Counted from the stretch's first letter, positions 41,416-54,830 are shown. The stretch: DNA of 64,000 nt from an uncultured Spirochaetota bacterium (GCA_963845535.1 CAWJSK010000002.1:1-64000), one strand, 5' to 3'. Program-made: numbers and translations. The notes: a model not told the origin generated them from the letters alone.

Positions 41416-44400
41416 ATGGGCCCCACGGGAGATGACCCGCGAGTCAGGATGCAGCGGGAAGGGTTGTACGACCCTTCTTACGAGCACTCGAGCTGCGGGG
41501 TGGGGTTTGTCGTCAATGTCGACGGCCACCGCACCCACCAGATCGTCACCAACGGCATAACGATCCTCAAGAACCTCGTCCACCGGGGCGCGGTTGGCGG
41601 GGATTCCCGCACGGGAGACGGCGCCGGCATGATGACCCAGATGCCGCACCGCTTCCTTGCCCGGGAGGCATCCGCGCTGGGCTTCACGCTTCCCGCGGAG
41701 GGGAGCTATGGCGTTGCGGTTTTTTTCCTTCCCCGTGACAACGCACGCCGCACAAAGGCCGTGGCGCTCATCGAAGGAGTTGTGGAGGCTGAGGGCGGCA
41801 CCGTGCTGGGTTGGCGGGACGTGCCCGTGGACCCTGAGCTCCTTGGTGACCTGGCGCTGGAATCCATGCCGCATATCTCCCAGCTATTCGCGGTCTTCGG
41901 CGAGCTGACCGGAGAAGACCTCGAACGCAAGCTGTATGTAACGCGCAAGGTGATCGAATCCACCGCCATGGGACACGGCTTCTCCCTGGAGGATGTGTAC
42001 GTCTCATCCTTCTCCGGCAGGACCATCGTCTACAAAGGGCTTTTCGTTGCGCCGCAGCTCGAGGGCTTCTATCCGGACCTCGCCGACCCTGAGTTCGAGA
42101 GCGCCCTTGCGGTGATCCATCAGCGCTACAGCACGAACACCTTCCCGTCCTGGCACAACTCGCAGCCGTTCCGCTACATCGCGCACAACGGTGAGATCAA
42201 TACCCTGCGGGGCAACGTCAACAAGATCAACGCCCGTGAGAAGACGATGTCATCTCCGCTTTTCGGGGACGATATCAGCAAGCTCTCTCCCGTCATCACT
42301 CCGAGCTTGAGCGATTCGGGGATCTTCGACAACGTCCTCGAGCTTCTCGTGGCGGGCGGACGGTCCGTGGAGCACGCCCTCATGATGATGGTGCCTGAGG
42401 CGTTCGGCGCGCGCTACCACATGAGCGAGGACAAGCGGGCCTTCTACGAGTACCACGCGGCAATCATGGAGCCCTGGGACGGCCCGGCGGCAATATCGTT
42501 CTCGGACGGCATCAAGGTCGGCTCCATCCTGGACAGGAACGGCCTTCGCCCGGCCCGCTACGTCGTGACCCGGAGCGGCCTCGTGGTCCTGGCCTCTGAA
42601 ACGGGCGTCCTGGACATTCCGCCTGAGGACATCCTGCAGAAGGGCCGCCTGGCGCCCGGGAAGATGCTCATCGTTGATACCGAGCAGAAGCGGATCATCT
42701 ACGACAACGAGATCAAGGCATCCGTGTCGCGGCGCCGGCCCTATCGGCGCTGGCTGGACGCAAACCGCATCGAGATGAGAGGTTTGTTCCAGGTCTCGGG
42801 CCCCGTGCGCACGGACCGCCAGACCCTGCTGGAGAAGCAGTGGCTGTTCGGCTACACGGTGGAGGACATCGAGATGATCATCACGCCCATGGTGATGAAC
42901 GCCCAGGAGCCCATCAGCTCCATGGGAGATGACCAGAGCCTTGCCGTTCTCTCCGAGAGGCCGCAGATACTCTACAACTATTTCAAGCAGCTCTTCGCCC
43001 AGGTGACCAACCCGCCCATCGACCCCTACCGGGAGAACCTCGTCATGTCGCTCATGAGCTTCACCGGCCGGGAGAGGAACCTTCTGGACGAGACCCCCGA
43101 GCACTGCCGCCAGCTAAAGCTCCCTCATCCCGTCCTGACGAACGACGACATGGACAAGCTGCGCACGCTGGACAGGAACGGGTACCGGGCGTGCGTCATC
43201 TCGATGACCTTCAGCGCGGCTGACGGGGAGCCAGGCCTGGAGAAGGCGCTCGCCGCCCTGTGCGCGGAAGCGGAGGCGAAAGTCGACATCGGCTACACCA
43301 TGCTGATCCTTTCCGACCGGGAGGTGAGCATGAAGCGCGCGCCCATTCCCGCGCTCCTTGCCACCTCAGCGCTCCACCATCACCTCACCCGGGTGAAGAA
43401 GCGCCACCTCACCGCCATCGTCATTGAGACCGCGGAGGCGCGGGAAGTCATGCACTTCGCCACGCTGATCGGTTTCGGCGCCAGCGCGGTGAACCCCTAC
43501 CTTGTGCTGGAGACTATCGCGGACCTCCTGGAGCGCCAGAAGATCGACCACGGCATGCTCCTGGAGACGGCCATCGAGCAGTACATCACGGCCATCAAGA
43601 AGGGCCTCCTGAAGGTGATGTCCAAGATGGGCGTTTCGACCATCCGGAGCTACAAGAGCGCGCAGATCTTCGAGGCCGTGGGGCTTGCCGCTGATTTCGT
43701 GAACAAGTATTTCCCGGGAACGCCGTCTCGGATTGGCGGGATCGGGATCGAGGGCATAGCCCGTGAGACGCTGGAACGCCACCGCGCCACGTATTCCCGG
43801 ACCCCCGCTGAACGCGAGCGGCTGGACTCCGGGGGAAGCATTCATTACCGGGCCTTCTCCGAAGGGCACCGTCTGACCCCGCAAGCCATTGCTTTGCTGC
43901 AAAGGGCGGTGCGGGAAGACAACTTCGAGCTGTACAAGCAATACGCGGCCATCATGAATGATCACTCGCGAAACCTGTGCACGCTCCGAGGCTTGTTCGC
44001 CTTCACGAAGCGCGACCCGGTTCCCCTGGAAGGAGGTGGAGCCGTGGGAGAAGATCGTCAAGAGGTTCGTGACCTCCGCCATGTCGTTCGGCTCCATCAG
44101 CAAGGAAGCGCATGAGACCCTTGCCATCGCCATGAACCGGCTCGGCGCCGCGTCCAACTCCGGTGAGGGGGGGGAGGACGAAGCCCGCTACGAGCTTCTC
44201 CCCAACGGGGACTCCGCGCGCAGCGCCATCAAGCAGGTGGCCTCCGCCCGCTTCGGCGTGACCTCCTGGTACCTCGTGAACTCCCGGGAGCTGCAGATCA
44301 AGATGGCGCAGGGGGCAAAGCCCGGCGAGGGCGGCCAGCTTGCCGGCCTCAAGGTTGACGCGACCATTGCCAAGGTGCGCCACTCCACCCCGGGGGTCAC

Positions 44401-45983
44401 GCTGATTTCCCCGCCACCGCATCACGACATCTACTCCATCGAGGACCTGGCGCAGCTCATCTTCGACTTGAAGAACGCAAACCCCGAAGCGCGAATATCG
44501 GTCAAGCTCGTCGCGGAGATCGGCGTGGGCACCGTTGCCGCCGGTGTTGCCAAAGGCCGCGCGGACATGGTGCTGATTGCCGGCCATGACGGCGGCACGG
44601 GAAACTCCCCCATCTCTTCCATTAAAGCATGCCGGCATCCCGTGGGAGATCGGCCTGGCCGAGGCGCAGCAGACGCTCGTTCTCAACCGGCTTCGGGACA
44701 AGATCCGTGTCCAGGCGGACGGCCAGATGCGAACAGGCCGCGACATCGCCATTGCGGCGCTCCTGGGCGCGGAAGAGTTCGGGTTCGGCACGGTTTCCCT
44801 CGTCACCATCGGGTGCATCATGATGCGCAAGTGTCATCTCAACACGTGCCCCGTGGGAGTGGCAACGCAGGACCCGCGCTTGCGGGCGCGGTTCACCGGC
44901 AAGCCCGAGCACGTGATGAACTTCATGCGCTTCGTAGCGGAAGACCTGCGCCAGACCATGGCGTCCCTGGGGTTCCGCACCGTGGATGAGATGGTGGGGC
45001 ACGTCGAGGTGCTGGAGACCCGCCCGGCGGTGGATCACTGGAAGGCAAAGGGACTGGATTTTTCCCGGATCCTGGCAAAGCCCGATGTGCCCGCGGGGAC
45101 GTCTCTTCATTGCACGCGCGGACCGCAGCATGACTTCTCCCTGTCCCTGGACAGGGAGCTGATCGAGCGCTCCCGCAAGGGCATCGAGGGCGGCCAGAAG
45201 GTGCACCTCTACATGGCCATCCGCAACTGCAACAGGACCGTGGGGGCCACCCTCTCCGCGGCGGTATCCCGGCGCTACGGGGCAAAGGGCCTCACCGCTG
45301 ATACGATCTCCGTTTCCTTCACGGGGTCGGCCGGCCAGAGCTTTGGCGCATTCCTTGCCCCGGGGATCACGTTCGAGCTGGAGGGTGACGCGAACGACTA
45401 TTTCGCGAAGGGCCTTTCCGGCGGAAAGATCATCGTATTCCCTCCGCGCTCGGCGACCTTCCGGGCGCAGGACAACATCATCACCGGCAACGTGAACCTC
45501 TTCGGCGCAACAGGCGGGGAGGTCTACATCAACGGCATGGCGGGGGAGCGCTTCGCGGTGCGCAACAGCGGCGCCATTGCGGTGGTGGAAGGCGTCGGAG
45601 ACCACGGCTGCGAATACATGACCGGCGGCACGGTGGTGGTCCTTGGCCGCACGGGGGTCAACTTCGCGGCGGGCATGAGCGGCGGAGTCGCCTACGTGCT
45701 GGATGAGGACCAGTTGTTCGACACGAAGTGCAACCTGGAGATGGTGGACGTGGAGCCTGTCACGAGCATGAAGGACCGCACCACCCTGCGCCAGCTCGTG
45801 GAACGGCACGTGATGTACACCCGCAGCGAGCATGCCACGCGGATCCTCCGGGACTGGAGCGAGATGCTGCCGTGGTTCGTGAAGGTGATGCCCATCGACT
45901 ACAAGAAGGCCCTGGAACGCATGGCGGAAGAGGAGTCCAAAGAGGCTGAGAGCGTGATGCTGACCGAGGAGGTGTACCACTGA
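41416..45983 (+). CDS. gltB: Glutamate synthase large subunit (frameshifts near 44030 and 44620)
   Basis: [65 protein letters not shown]. Confidence 0.95.
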
Positions 45984-47407
45984 TGGGGCATCCCTCGGGC
46001 TTTCTTCAATTCGATCGAAAAACCGGCCATTACCTCTCTCCCGAAGAGCGCGTGAAGTCGTGGAAGGAGTTCACCGAAAAGCTTCCGGATGACGAGCTTT
46101 CCAAGCAGGGCGCGCGGTGCATGGACTGCGGGATCCCTTTCTGCCACTCCACCGGCTGCCCCGTCTACAACCTGATCCCGGAATGGAATGACCTGGTCTA
46201 CCGCGGGGAATGGCGTGAGGCCCTTGTACGCCTTGAGATGACGAACAACCTCCCCGAGATCACCGGCCGGGTCTGCCCCGCCCCGTGTGAGACTTCCTGC
46301 ACTCTTGCCATCAACACGAGCCCAGTCAGCATCAAGCAGATCGAGCTTGCCGTCACTGAGCGGGGGTTCTCGGAGGGATGGGTGGAGCCGCGCCCGCCGC
46401 GCGCGTTGACCGGCAAGCGCGTGGCGGTGGTGGGAAGCGGCCCTTCCGGCATGGCCGCCGCGCAGCAGTTGCGTAGAAGCGGCCACGAGGTCACGTTGTT
46501 CGAGCGCTCACCGAAGATCGGCGGGCTCCTGAGATACGGCATCCCCGACTTCAAGCTGGAGAAGCACATCCTGGACCGGCGCATTCGCCAGATGGAAGCC
46601 GAAGGGGTCCGATTCGAAACAGGCGTCACCATTGGTGAAGACATCTCCGTGCGCTACCTGCGCGGCAACTTCGACGTGGTCCTCCTCACCATGGGGGCCG
46701 GACATCCCAGGGACCTGGAGGTCCCCGGCCGCGAGCTTTCCGGCGTCCACTTCGCCATGGACTACCTTACCCGGTCCAACATGTTCCAGTCAGGGGAGAT
46801 CGGGGAAGACGAGCTCATTTCCGCAAAGGACAAGGTCACCCTCGTGATCGGCGGCGGGGACACGGGATCCGACTGCGTGGGCACCTCCACACGCATGCGC
46901 GCCAGGAGGGTACTTCAGTATGAGATCATGCCAAAGCCGCCCGTCTGGAACGAAGCGTGGAACCCAAGCTGGCCGGCCTGGCCGAATATCCTCCGCACTT
47001 CAAGCTCCCAGGAGGAAGGGTGCGAGCGGGACTGGTCCATCACGACCAAGTGCTTCACCGGCAAAGATGGCGAGGTGACCGAGGGGGTTTTTGCCCGGGT
47101 GGAATGGAACAAGGGAAACAACGGGTCCTTTGTCATGAAGGAAGTACCCGGCAGCGAGTTCACCCTGAAAGTCGACCTGGTGCTCCTTGCCATGGGTTTT
47201 GTCCACGTTCGCCATGAAAAGCTCCTGGATGAGCTGGGGGTGGAGTACGACAACCGCGGAAACATCCGCGTGGACCCGAACTACGCAACCTCCGTGCCCG
47301 GTGTCTTTGCCGCGGGTGACGCCAACACGGGCGCCTCCCTGGTGGTCCGGGCAATCTTCCACGGCAGACAGGCAGCAGCGGGAATAGACCGCTACCTCAA
47401 GGGATAG
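45983..47407 (+). CDS. gltD: Glutamate synthase small subunit
   Basis: RCMDCGIPFC, GRVCPAPCE, GSGPSG, GGGDTGSDC. Confidence 0.95.
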   Translation: MGHPSGFLQFDRKTGHYLSPEERVKSWKEFTEKLPDDELSKQGARCMDCGIPFCHSTGCPVYNLIPEWNDLVYRGEWREALVRLEMTNNLPEITGRVCPAPCETSCTLAINTSPVSIKQIELAVTERGFSEGWVEPRPPRALTGKRVAVVGSGPSGMAAAQQLRRSGHEVTLFERSPKIGGLLRYGIPDFKLEKHILDRRIRQMEAEGVRFETGVTIGEDISVRYLRGNFDVVLLTMGAGHPRDLEVPGRELSGVHFAMDYLTRSNMFQSGEIGEDELISAKDKVTLVIGGGDTGSDCVGTSTRMRARRVLQYEIMPKPPVWNEAWNPSWPAWPNILRTSSSQEEGCERDWSITTKCFTGKDGEVTEGVFARVEWNKGNNGSFVMKEVPGSEFTLKVDLVLLAMGFVHVRHEKLLDELGVEYDNRGNIRVDPNYATSVPGVFAAGDANTGASLVVRAIFHGRQAAAGIDRYLKG

Positions 47408-47411
47408 GCGC

Positions 47412-48438
47412 GTGTCGCCGGGCGCGGTGCGCGCGGTGGTGATCCCGCGTTTCGGCGGGCCGGAGGTGCTGCGCGTCCAGGGAATGCCTTCGGCGCCGCT
47501 TGTCCCGGGCTCCATTCGTGTCCAGGTGAAGGCATCAGGAATCAACTTTGCGGACGTCCAGATGCGAATGGGCCTGTACCCCGAGGCCCCGAAGCCTCCG
47601 TTTGTGCCGGGGTTCGAGGTTGCCGGGGCGGTCACGGAGGTCGGAGCAGGGGTCTCCTCCCCGCGCCCCGGGGACCGGGTGCTCGGGTTCACGAGGTTCG
47701 GCGGCTACACTACCGAGGTCGTCGTTCCCGCCGCGTTCGTCCGCAAAACTCCATCCTCCCTGACAGACGTCGAAGCCGCGGCAATCCCTGCCGGGTTTGC
47801 CACCGCATGGATTTCCCTGATGGACATGGCGCGGGTCCGACAGGGAGACCGAGTGCTTGTGCCAGGCGCGGCAGGCGGAGTGGGGACGGCTATGGTCCAG
47901 GTGGCGGCGCAGGCGGGCGCGGAAGTGGTGGGCCTGGTTGGATCGGCCATCCAAGCGGGAGCTCGTTCTTTCCTTGGGAGCGCGCGAAGCGGTGACCTAT
48001 GATGAGTGGAAGCTCAGGCAGGACTGCGCGCCGTTCGACGTAATCGTGGAGCCGAGGGGCGGAGCCCACGTCAGGGCTTCCCTTGCCTGCCTTGCCCCTG
48101 GGGGAAGGGTGGTCTGCTACGGCGTCTCTTCAATTGTCACCGGGCTTCGCAGATCCATACCGGGCACGCTCTTCAACCTGCTTCAGACTCCGCTTTTGAC
48201 TCCCATTGGCCTTGCCATGTCCAATCATGGAATATTCGGAGTGAACCTCTTGAAGTATTTTGACACCGAACAGAGTAGAGGGATCATCGAGAAGGCGCTT
48301 GAAGGCATCCTGGAAGGCTTTGAGAAAAAGCGCTACCGGGTTGCAGTGGGAAAAGTCTGGCCCCTGGAAGAAGCAGGCAAAGCGCATGAGTTTCTCCAGA
48401 GCCGCCAGGGGACAGGGAAACAGGTTCTAGCGGACTAA
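47412..48438 (+). CDS. MDR quinone oxidoreductase (VAT-1-like), frameshift near 47945
   Basis: GINFAD, PFVPGFEVAG, GAAGGVG, AHEFLQSRQGTGK. Confidence 0.88.
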
Positions 48439-49556
48439 ACCGGCAATTGTTCGTTGGTATCGTCAAATCTCCGGGAAATCTCCGGCAGCATTCCCGCGAT
48501 CTCCAGGAAACCATCAATCACGTCCGGGTCGAAATGCGCGCCGGCGCCCTCGCGGATCATGGAGAGAGCCGTCTCGTGGGGAATCGCCGGCTTGTAGATC
48601 CGCTTGCTGCGCAGCGCGTCATAGACATCGACGACTGCCATAAGACGTCCCGGCACAGGGATATCGTTTCCCGAAAGCCCCTGAGGGTAGCCCTTGCCGT
48701 CCCACCTCTCATGATGGGTCCAGGCGATCTCCCGCGCGAGATACAGAAAGGTGGTAGGCGAGTCAAGCAGTCTTTCGGCGGATTGGATGGCATTGCGACC
48801 CAGTGTCGTGTGCGTCTTCATGATCTCGAACTCTTCCGGAGTCAACTTGCCGGGCTTCAAGAGGATGCTGTCGGGGATCCCGACCTTGCCAATGTCGTGC
48901 AGCGGGGCCGACTTGTAGAGAAGCTCGATTGTGTCGGGAGTCAGGTAGCCGGCAAGACGTACGTGCTCCTTCATCTTGGTGGCGAGCTCTCTTACGTAGT
49001 GCTGGGTGCGCCTGATGTGGCTGCCTGTTTCGTTGTCTCTCGTTTCAGCAAGAGAACCCATTGCTACCATTGTCGCGTCCTGGATTGCGGAGATCTCCCG
49101 GGTCCTGCGTTGGACCTCCTGCTCAAGGAACTCGCTCTTGTCTCGAAGGAAATCCCTCGCGCTTTTGAGTTGAAGGTGGGTACGCACTCGTGCCGTGACC
49201 ACCGGAGGGCTTACAGGCTTTGTAATGTAGTCGACCGCCCCCAGCTCCAGTCCTCTCCGCTCGCCCTCTACATCAGACTTCGCGGTGAGAAAGATAACCG
49301 GGATGTCAGCGGTTTTCTTATCTTCCTTCAGACGCCGGCACACTTCATACCCATCCATGCCCGGCATCATCACGTCAAGGAGGATGAGATCAGGCTGACC
49401 GTCCGTGGAAGCAAGCCGCAGAGCCGTCTCTCCCTCGGTGGCCACCTTCGTCCTGTACGACCCTTTGAAAAGCGAGCTTATAACGGCGATGTTCTCCGGC
49501 GTGTCGTCCACGATGAGAATGGTCGGTTTCCCGGGACTTCCATACTCTTCAGTCAT
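48435..49556 (-). CDS. Response regulator with HD-GYP phosphodiesterase domain
   Basis: Receiver plus ETGSH, LHDIGK, HHERWDGKGYP, DVYDAL. Confidence 0.95.
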   Translation of the reverse strand: MTEEYGSPGKPTILIVDDTPENIAVISSLFKGSYRTKVATEGETALRLASTDGQPDLILLDVMMPGMDGYEVCRRLKEDKKTADIPVIFLTAKSDVEGERRGLELGAVDYITKPVSPPVVTARVRTHLQLKSARDFLRDKSEFLEQEVQRRTREISAIQDATMVAMGSLAETRDNETGSHIRRTQHYVRELATKMKEHVRLAGYLTPDTIELLYKSAPLHDIGKVGIPDSILLKPGKLTPEEFEIMKTHTTLGRNAIQSAERLLDSPTTFLYLAREIAWTHHERWDGKGYPQGLSGNDIPVPGRLMAVVDVYDALRSKRIYKPAIPHETALSMIREGAGAHFDPDVIDGFLEIAGMLPEISRRFDDTNEQLPV

Positions 49557-52500
49557 TTGTTCTCCCCCTGTTTCACGGTTTCCAGGATTGGTTTCAACAA
49601 GGAAAGTGCCATTTTGAAATCGTACGCCTGAAGTCTTTCGCGAAGCTTTGCTACTCCCTCTCGGGGAGAAGCAACTTCAAGGCTTCTGCGCATCGATTCA
49701 AACAGGTCGAGCGCTTCGCTGTCGTTTTCCTCGATAAGGGCGGAAAGCCTCTGGAGCGCTGACAGAGTTGCCTCGAGGTTCCCATTTCCGCTCTCGCTGT
49801 CCTCTGGGGGGGCGCCGCCGGGAAACGCGATTTGTATCCTTTCAATCGTTGAACCGATTGCGGATTCGAGGAAGGCGAGATTTTGTCATTCTTTTCGGGA
49901 GAATGTCCGTCGCGGAATTGTTGCTCTATCTTTGCGGCAATGGTCTGCACCGAGCTCACGCCGAGGTTGCCCGCCATGCCCTTCAGCGTGTGCGCCAGCC
50001 GCTCAGCAAGCTCGCGATCATTCCCCTCAAGAGCTTTGGCGATCTCCCGGGCAACCCCCGCCTGGCCACTGGCAAACCTGCGTAGCAGATCGATATAGAG
50101 GCGGCGATTTCCGGCCACTCGCGCCAGCCCCGCGGTGACATCGATCCCTTCGATGGTTGGGAGAGAGAATTCATGTGCTAACGGGGTCGCTGCCGCCTTC
50201 GCCCCTGCGGTCACAGAGGAACCGACATGACGATAGTACTTCTGCATGGTAGCGAACATCGCATCCGGATCGATAGGCTTGCTGATGTGGTCGTTCATTC
50301 CCGCCTGCATTGCTTTCTCCCGCTCCTCCACGAGAGCGTGCGCTGTCATTGCGATGATGGGGATCTCGGAACCCCACGTTTGGGACCTGATTCGCCTGGT
50401 CGCTTCATATCCATCAATTTCCGGCATCTGGATGTCCATGAGTACGAGGTCGAACCGTGCTTCAGCTCTCTCGAGGATCTCATACGCTTCCCGGCCGTTG
50501 CGAGCAAGACTCGCGTTGATCCCTGCTCCCTTCATGAGCTCCAATGCGATCTGTTGGTTGATCTCATTGTCCTCCACAAGGAGCACCCGTGCACCCAAAA
50601 GCTCTCGCGCTTCGTTGCTTTCCTTTGGGGCATCCTTCATCGCGGGAAGGACTTCAGGCGCGAAAACTTTCAGCAGGGAATCTACCAGAGTAGATGAGGT
50701 CACTGGTTTGACCAGAAAATCCGCCGCTCCCGCTTGCAGCGCTCGAGCCCTTTCTCCCTCCCCTGCACCGGAGGCGCTGAGAAGGAACACAACCGGCGGA
50801 TTCCGCAGGCTTCCCTTCTCCGTGATGCGTTGGGTCGCCTCGATTCCATCGATTCCTGGCATTTTCCAGTCCATCACGACCAGACCGAATGGATCATGAG
50901 TATCCGCAGCCTGAACGGCGGATACCCCTTCCTCTCCCGATGCTGCAGTCTCGACGCGGAAACGGAGAGAGGAAAGTACGTCGTGCAGGACTTCGCGGGC
51001 ACCTGCGTTGTCGTCGACAACGAGGATCCGCATGCCGTCGAGTCTCCGCGGCATGACGTGTCGCGGTAGTTTTCCCGTGGCAATACCGAACCATGCGGTG
51101 AAAGCGAAAGTGCTGCCCTTCGCGACAGCGCTTTCGACCCAGATCTGGCCCCCCATCATCTCAACGAGGTGTCGTGTGATACTCAAGCCAAGGCCGGTTC
51201 CACCGTACTTCCTCGTCGTGGAGCTGTCAGCCTGGGAGAAGGGTTGAAAAAGCTTCGACATCTGCTCCTCGGCCATTCCGATTCCCGTATCTCGGACAGC
51301 AAAGCGCAGCTTCGTTTTCTCTCCAGTTCTTTCGAGCAACGCTACCCTGACCTCCACCTCTCCCGCTTCCGTGAACTTCACGGAGTTCCCTACAAGGTTG
51401 ATGAGTACCTGGCCGAGGCGGTGAGGATCACCGACAAGATGCCGAGGAATATCTCTGGGCACATTGATGAGAAGCTCGAGGCCTTTTTCGGCAGCGCCAT
51501 GCGCTATGGCCGCGATGACGTTTTCAATCACCGTGTCCAGTGCGAAATCGACTTCTTCAATCGAGAGCCTGCCAGCCTCGATCTTGGAGAAATCCAGAAT
51601 GTCGTTGATCAGACCGAGAAGGGAGACACCGGCGTTGTGGATTTTCGACAGATAGTCCCTTTGCCGTGAGGAGAGCTCGGTCTTCAACGCAAGGTTCGCA
51701 AAGCCGATCACCGCGTTCATGGGGGTACGAATCTCGTGGCTCATGTTGGCAAGGAAGCTGCCTTTCGCTCTGTTGGCTTCTTCCGCAACTCTGTTCGCCG
51801 CCCGCAGCTCCACGGTCCGTTCCTCCACCCGCTTTTCGAGATCCGCGTTGAGTTTCCGGATTTCCTCCTCTCTTTGCTTCCGCTCGGATATGTCGCGCGC
51901 GATTACAGAGACAGCAACTACTTTCCCCTTAGAGTCTCTGATTGGAGACAGCGTGAAAGAGATATCCAGTCTTGTGCCGTCTTTTCTTATGCGGGTCGTG
52001 TCAGTCGGTTCGACGTATTGGCCATTATTGATCCGCTCACGGATTGACGAAATCTCCTCCTGATGATCTGGCGGAAAAAGAAAAGAACTGTGGCGTCCGA
52101 TGGCCTCTTCCGAAGAGTATCCATACAATCGCTCCGCGCCGGCGTTCCAGCTTGTAATGATTCCCGCGGGAGTCGTTCTGATGATTGCTTCTTCGGCCGA
52201 CTCGACGATGGCCGCCAGATTCGCCAATGCTTCCTCCGCGCGATTCTGCTCGGTGATATCCTGCAGGAGTGACAAGATGACTTTTTCCCCAGCTACCTCT
52301 ATCACTTCCGCAGAGAGGCGTGCAATCCAAGTCTCACCAGACTTCTTCCGGAAATGGGCCACTCTGTCTGGAACTCTGCCTTGCTTGCTCAGTTGATTGA
52401 CGAAACCGTCTCGATCCTCAGCCAAGGCCCACGCCTGCAGATGGGACGCTGTTTCACCGATGACTTCATCGCGTACGTAGCCCATGAGGCGAAGGAATTC

Positions 52501-53007
52501 CTCATTGACGTCGAGGTAGCGTCCATCGGCGAAACGGGTAATCGCCATTCCGATCGGACTGGCGTGAAAAATTATGGAAAAGCGATCTTCGCTTTCGCGC
52601 ACCGACAATTCCTTTTGGTACCCCACGGTCCTCTGTCGCGCGTCGTACAAGAGAGCCTGAACAATACTCATGAATACACCCGTGGCTGCAAAAAGAGCCA
52701 ATCCGAGGGCGTCTGCAGCCTTGACAACTGGACCAGAACCTTGCCAGTGGAGAACCCAGAAGGCAGTAGCGAAAGAAGCAACTGCGGTTGCCAGCATTCC
52801 TGGCCCCATGCCCGCGAGCAAAGCCACAATCATGACGACAGGATAGAAGAGAATGAAAGGCGGCAGACCGGGACCCACGAGCAGCGAAAGCGCATGGCGA
52901 ATCAAGAAAACCGCGGCCACGCTCATGGCGGAGCCGCCGTAGCGAAGAAGCAGCCTGAGATAGGAGCCCTTCGAGGCCTTCATGCAATTGGGGCTGTTGC
53001 ATCTCAT
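49553..53007 (-). CDS. Hybrid histidine kinase (TM-PAS-PAS-HisKA-HATPase-REC-REC-HPt), 3' frameshift
   Basis: [26 protein letters not shown], two receivers, AHTLKG; the true end probably overlaps the next ATG. Confidence 0.92.
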
Positions 53008-53255
53008 ATCCGCCTCCCAGGGGAGCTGTCCGGCTCAGGCAGAGCTTTGTTTACCCATTTTAGACCTGCATGCCATGCTTTCATGAAACTGCTAACGTTA
53101 GACAGGGACCACGGAGAAAAATCGGACGATGCATTTGCTTCCCTGTCCTGTCATATTAGGTTAATAATTAAGTTAATGATTCCAGACAGAGATTTCCAGA
53201 AAATGTCACTTTACGAGAGATCACCGTTTTTTGACGGGATACGAAAAGAGGCAAT

Positions 53256-53636
53256 ATGGAAAGCAAACCTCCGAAAGCGCGGATCCTTATTGTTGACGAT
53301 GAACCAGGCAACATAGCCATTCTGCGGGAGATTTTGAAATCGCGTTACACAGTTCTCGCAGCCACAACAGGACAGAACGCCGTGTCCTTGGCAGCATCAA
53401 ATCCTGCGCCGGACCTCATTCTTCTGGATATCAAGATGCCGAAGATGGACGGCTATGATGTGCTGAAAACGCTCAAGACAAGTCCAAGGACCCGGAATAT
53501 AAAGATCGTCTTTGTCACCGCGAAGGATGCAATTGAGGACAAGATGACGGCTTACCAGAAAGGAATCGAGGATTACATCACAAAGCCCATCGACCCCGAT
53601 TTCGTTTTAAAGACTGTCGAGCGGCTCACCAAATAA
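53256..53636 (+). CDS. Stand-alone receiver-domain protein
   Basis: ILIVDDE, LLDIKMP, FVTA, YITKP. Confidence 0.92.
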   Translation: MESKPPKARILIVDDEPGNIAILREILKSRYTVLAATTGQNAVSLAASNPAPDLILLDIKMPKMDGYDVLKTLKTSPRTRNIKIVFVTAKDAIEDKMTAYQKGIEDYITKPIDPDFVLKTVERLTK

Positions 53637-53648
53637 GCGATCCGAAAC

Positions 53649-53805
53649 AGCCGACAGGGGACAGGGAAACAGCTTCTGGCGGACTAAACCGGCGATTGTT
53701 CGTTCGTATCGACAAGAGCCGTATCATGGGGAAACGCCGGCCTGTAGATCCGCTTGCTGAGCAGCGCGTCATAGACATTGACGACTGCCATCAAGCGTCC
53801 CGGCA
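53649..53805. repeat. Degenerate, internally deleted direct copy of 48400-48655
   Basis: CAGGGGACAGGGAAACAG..GCGGACTAAACCGGC and TGTAGATCCGCTTGCTG.GCAGCGCGTCATAGACAT occur at both places. Confidence 0.9.
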
Positions 53806-53844
53806 AGCGCTGGAATTGACAAAACTGATGAGAACCACTCTCGA

Positions 53845-54730
53845 CTAGTCGAGGACAGAGGGCTTCAAGGACTTCCTCGCACCACAGACGAAAGCTGGTA
53901 GGGGAGCTGGATTCCGAAGTCCTCACCTCGTTGCTATAAATGCCTTCGCTTATAGCCACCATCATGTCGACCATAGCCTGCGTCATGGCCTCTGATCGTC
54001 CGCGTCTGAGAAGGCCGGTCTTTAGAGCCTCGACCGACATTTCCTCGAAGCGCACCTGCTTGCCTAGAACACCCGACATGATTTGCGCCATTTCGTTGAA
54101 AGACAAATCTTCAGGACCAAGCACGGGAAAATCGCCATTGCCGCTCCATGACCGATCAATCAGCATCTTGGCGGCGATGGCGGCGATATCGCGAGTCGCG
54201 CAAGTCGCCACTTTGAGGTCGCCAGGGGTGGGAGAAGAGAAAAATCCATTGCTCTTGATGGTCGCGGTCTGACGAAGGATATTGTCCATGAACGAGGAAT
54301 TTGCGAGCGCACGGTAGTTAACACCTGCGCTGGCAATTAGATCGTCCATTGCCAAGGACGCCGTGATGTTTCCCGCACGCTTCGCCTGAGCCTTACCTCG
54401 ACCGAGGCTCGAAACACCGACCACATACTTGACCCCTTCGCTGCGAAAGGCGTCGCACGCAGGTCGGGAGAAGTCCACGTAAGCAGCTTCCACGCTAGTT
54501 GCCTTCGGGTCAGGGGGTACAAGCCAGAAAACGGCATCCGCGTCTCTGAACGCCCCTTTAACAACCGCAGGGTCGGCGTGCGATCCCTGGACGACATCGA
54601 CACGTTTGAGGACTTCCGCGGGGAGCTTTGAAGCATCACGCACAATCACGCGGATAGGCTCGCCCTTGTCGAGGACGTTCTTGAGCACCTGATGACCGAT
54701 CAGGCCCGTTGGCGCAGTGAGCACAATCAT
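53845..54730 (-). CDS. NmrA family NAD(P)-binding protein (frameshift near 53868)
   Basis: TAPTGLIG, ATRDIA, GPEDLSF; natural end EEVLKPSVLD-stop lies in another frame. Confidence 0.88.
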
Positions 54731-54830
54731 AGATTCCTCCTCTCGATCGCGTCAACACATTTAGGAAGTTCAGTCACGATGATGTCCAGATTCGAGTGTC
54801 AGGTGGCAGGTTTGTTTTGTTCGGAGAATA

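Noticed and set aside
44020..44640. Programmed frameshifting or a naturally split gltB
   Set aside because: No slippery-site pattern, and similar indels occur in many unrelated genes, pointing to sequencing error.
53684..54730. Apparent NmrA-HD-GYP fusion protein
   Set aside because: One extra base near 53868 skips the natural stop at 53845 and reads into the duplicated remnant.
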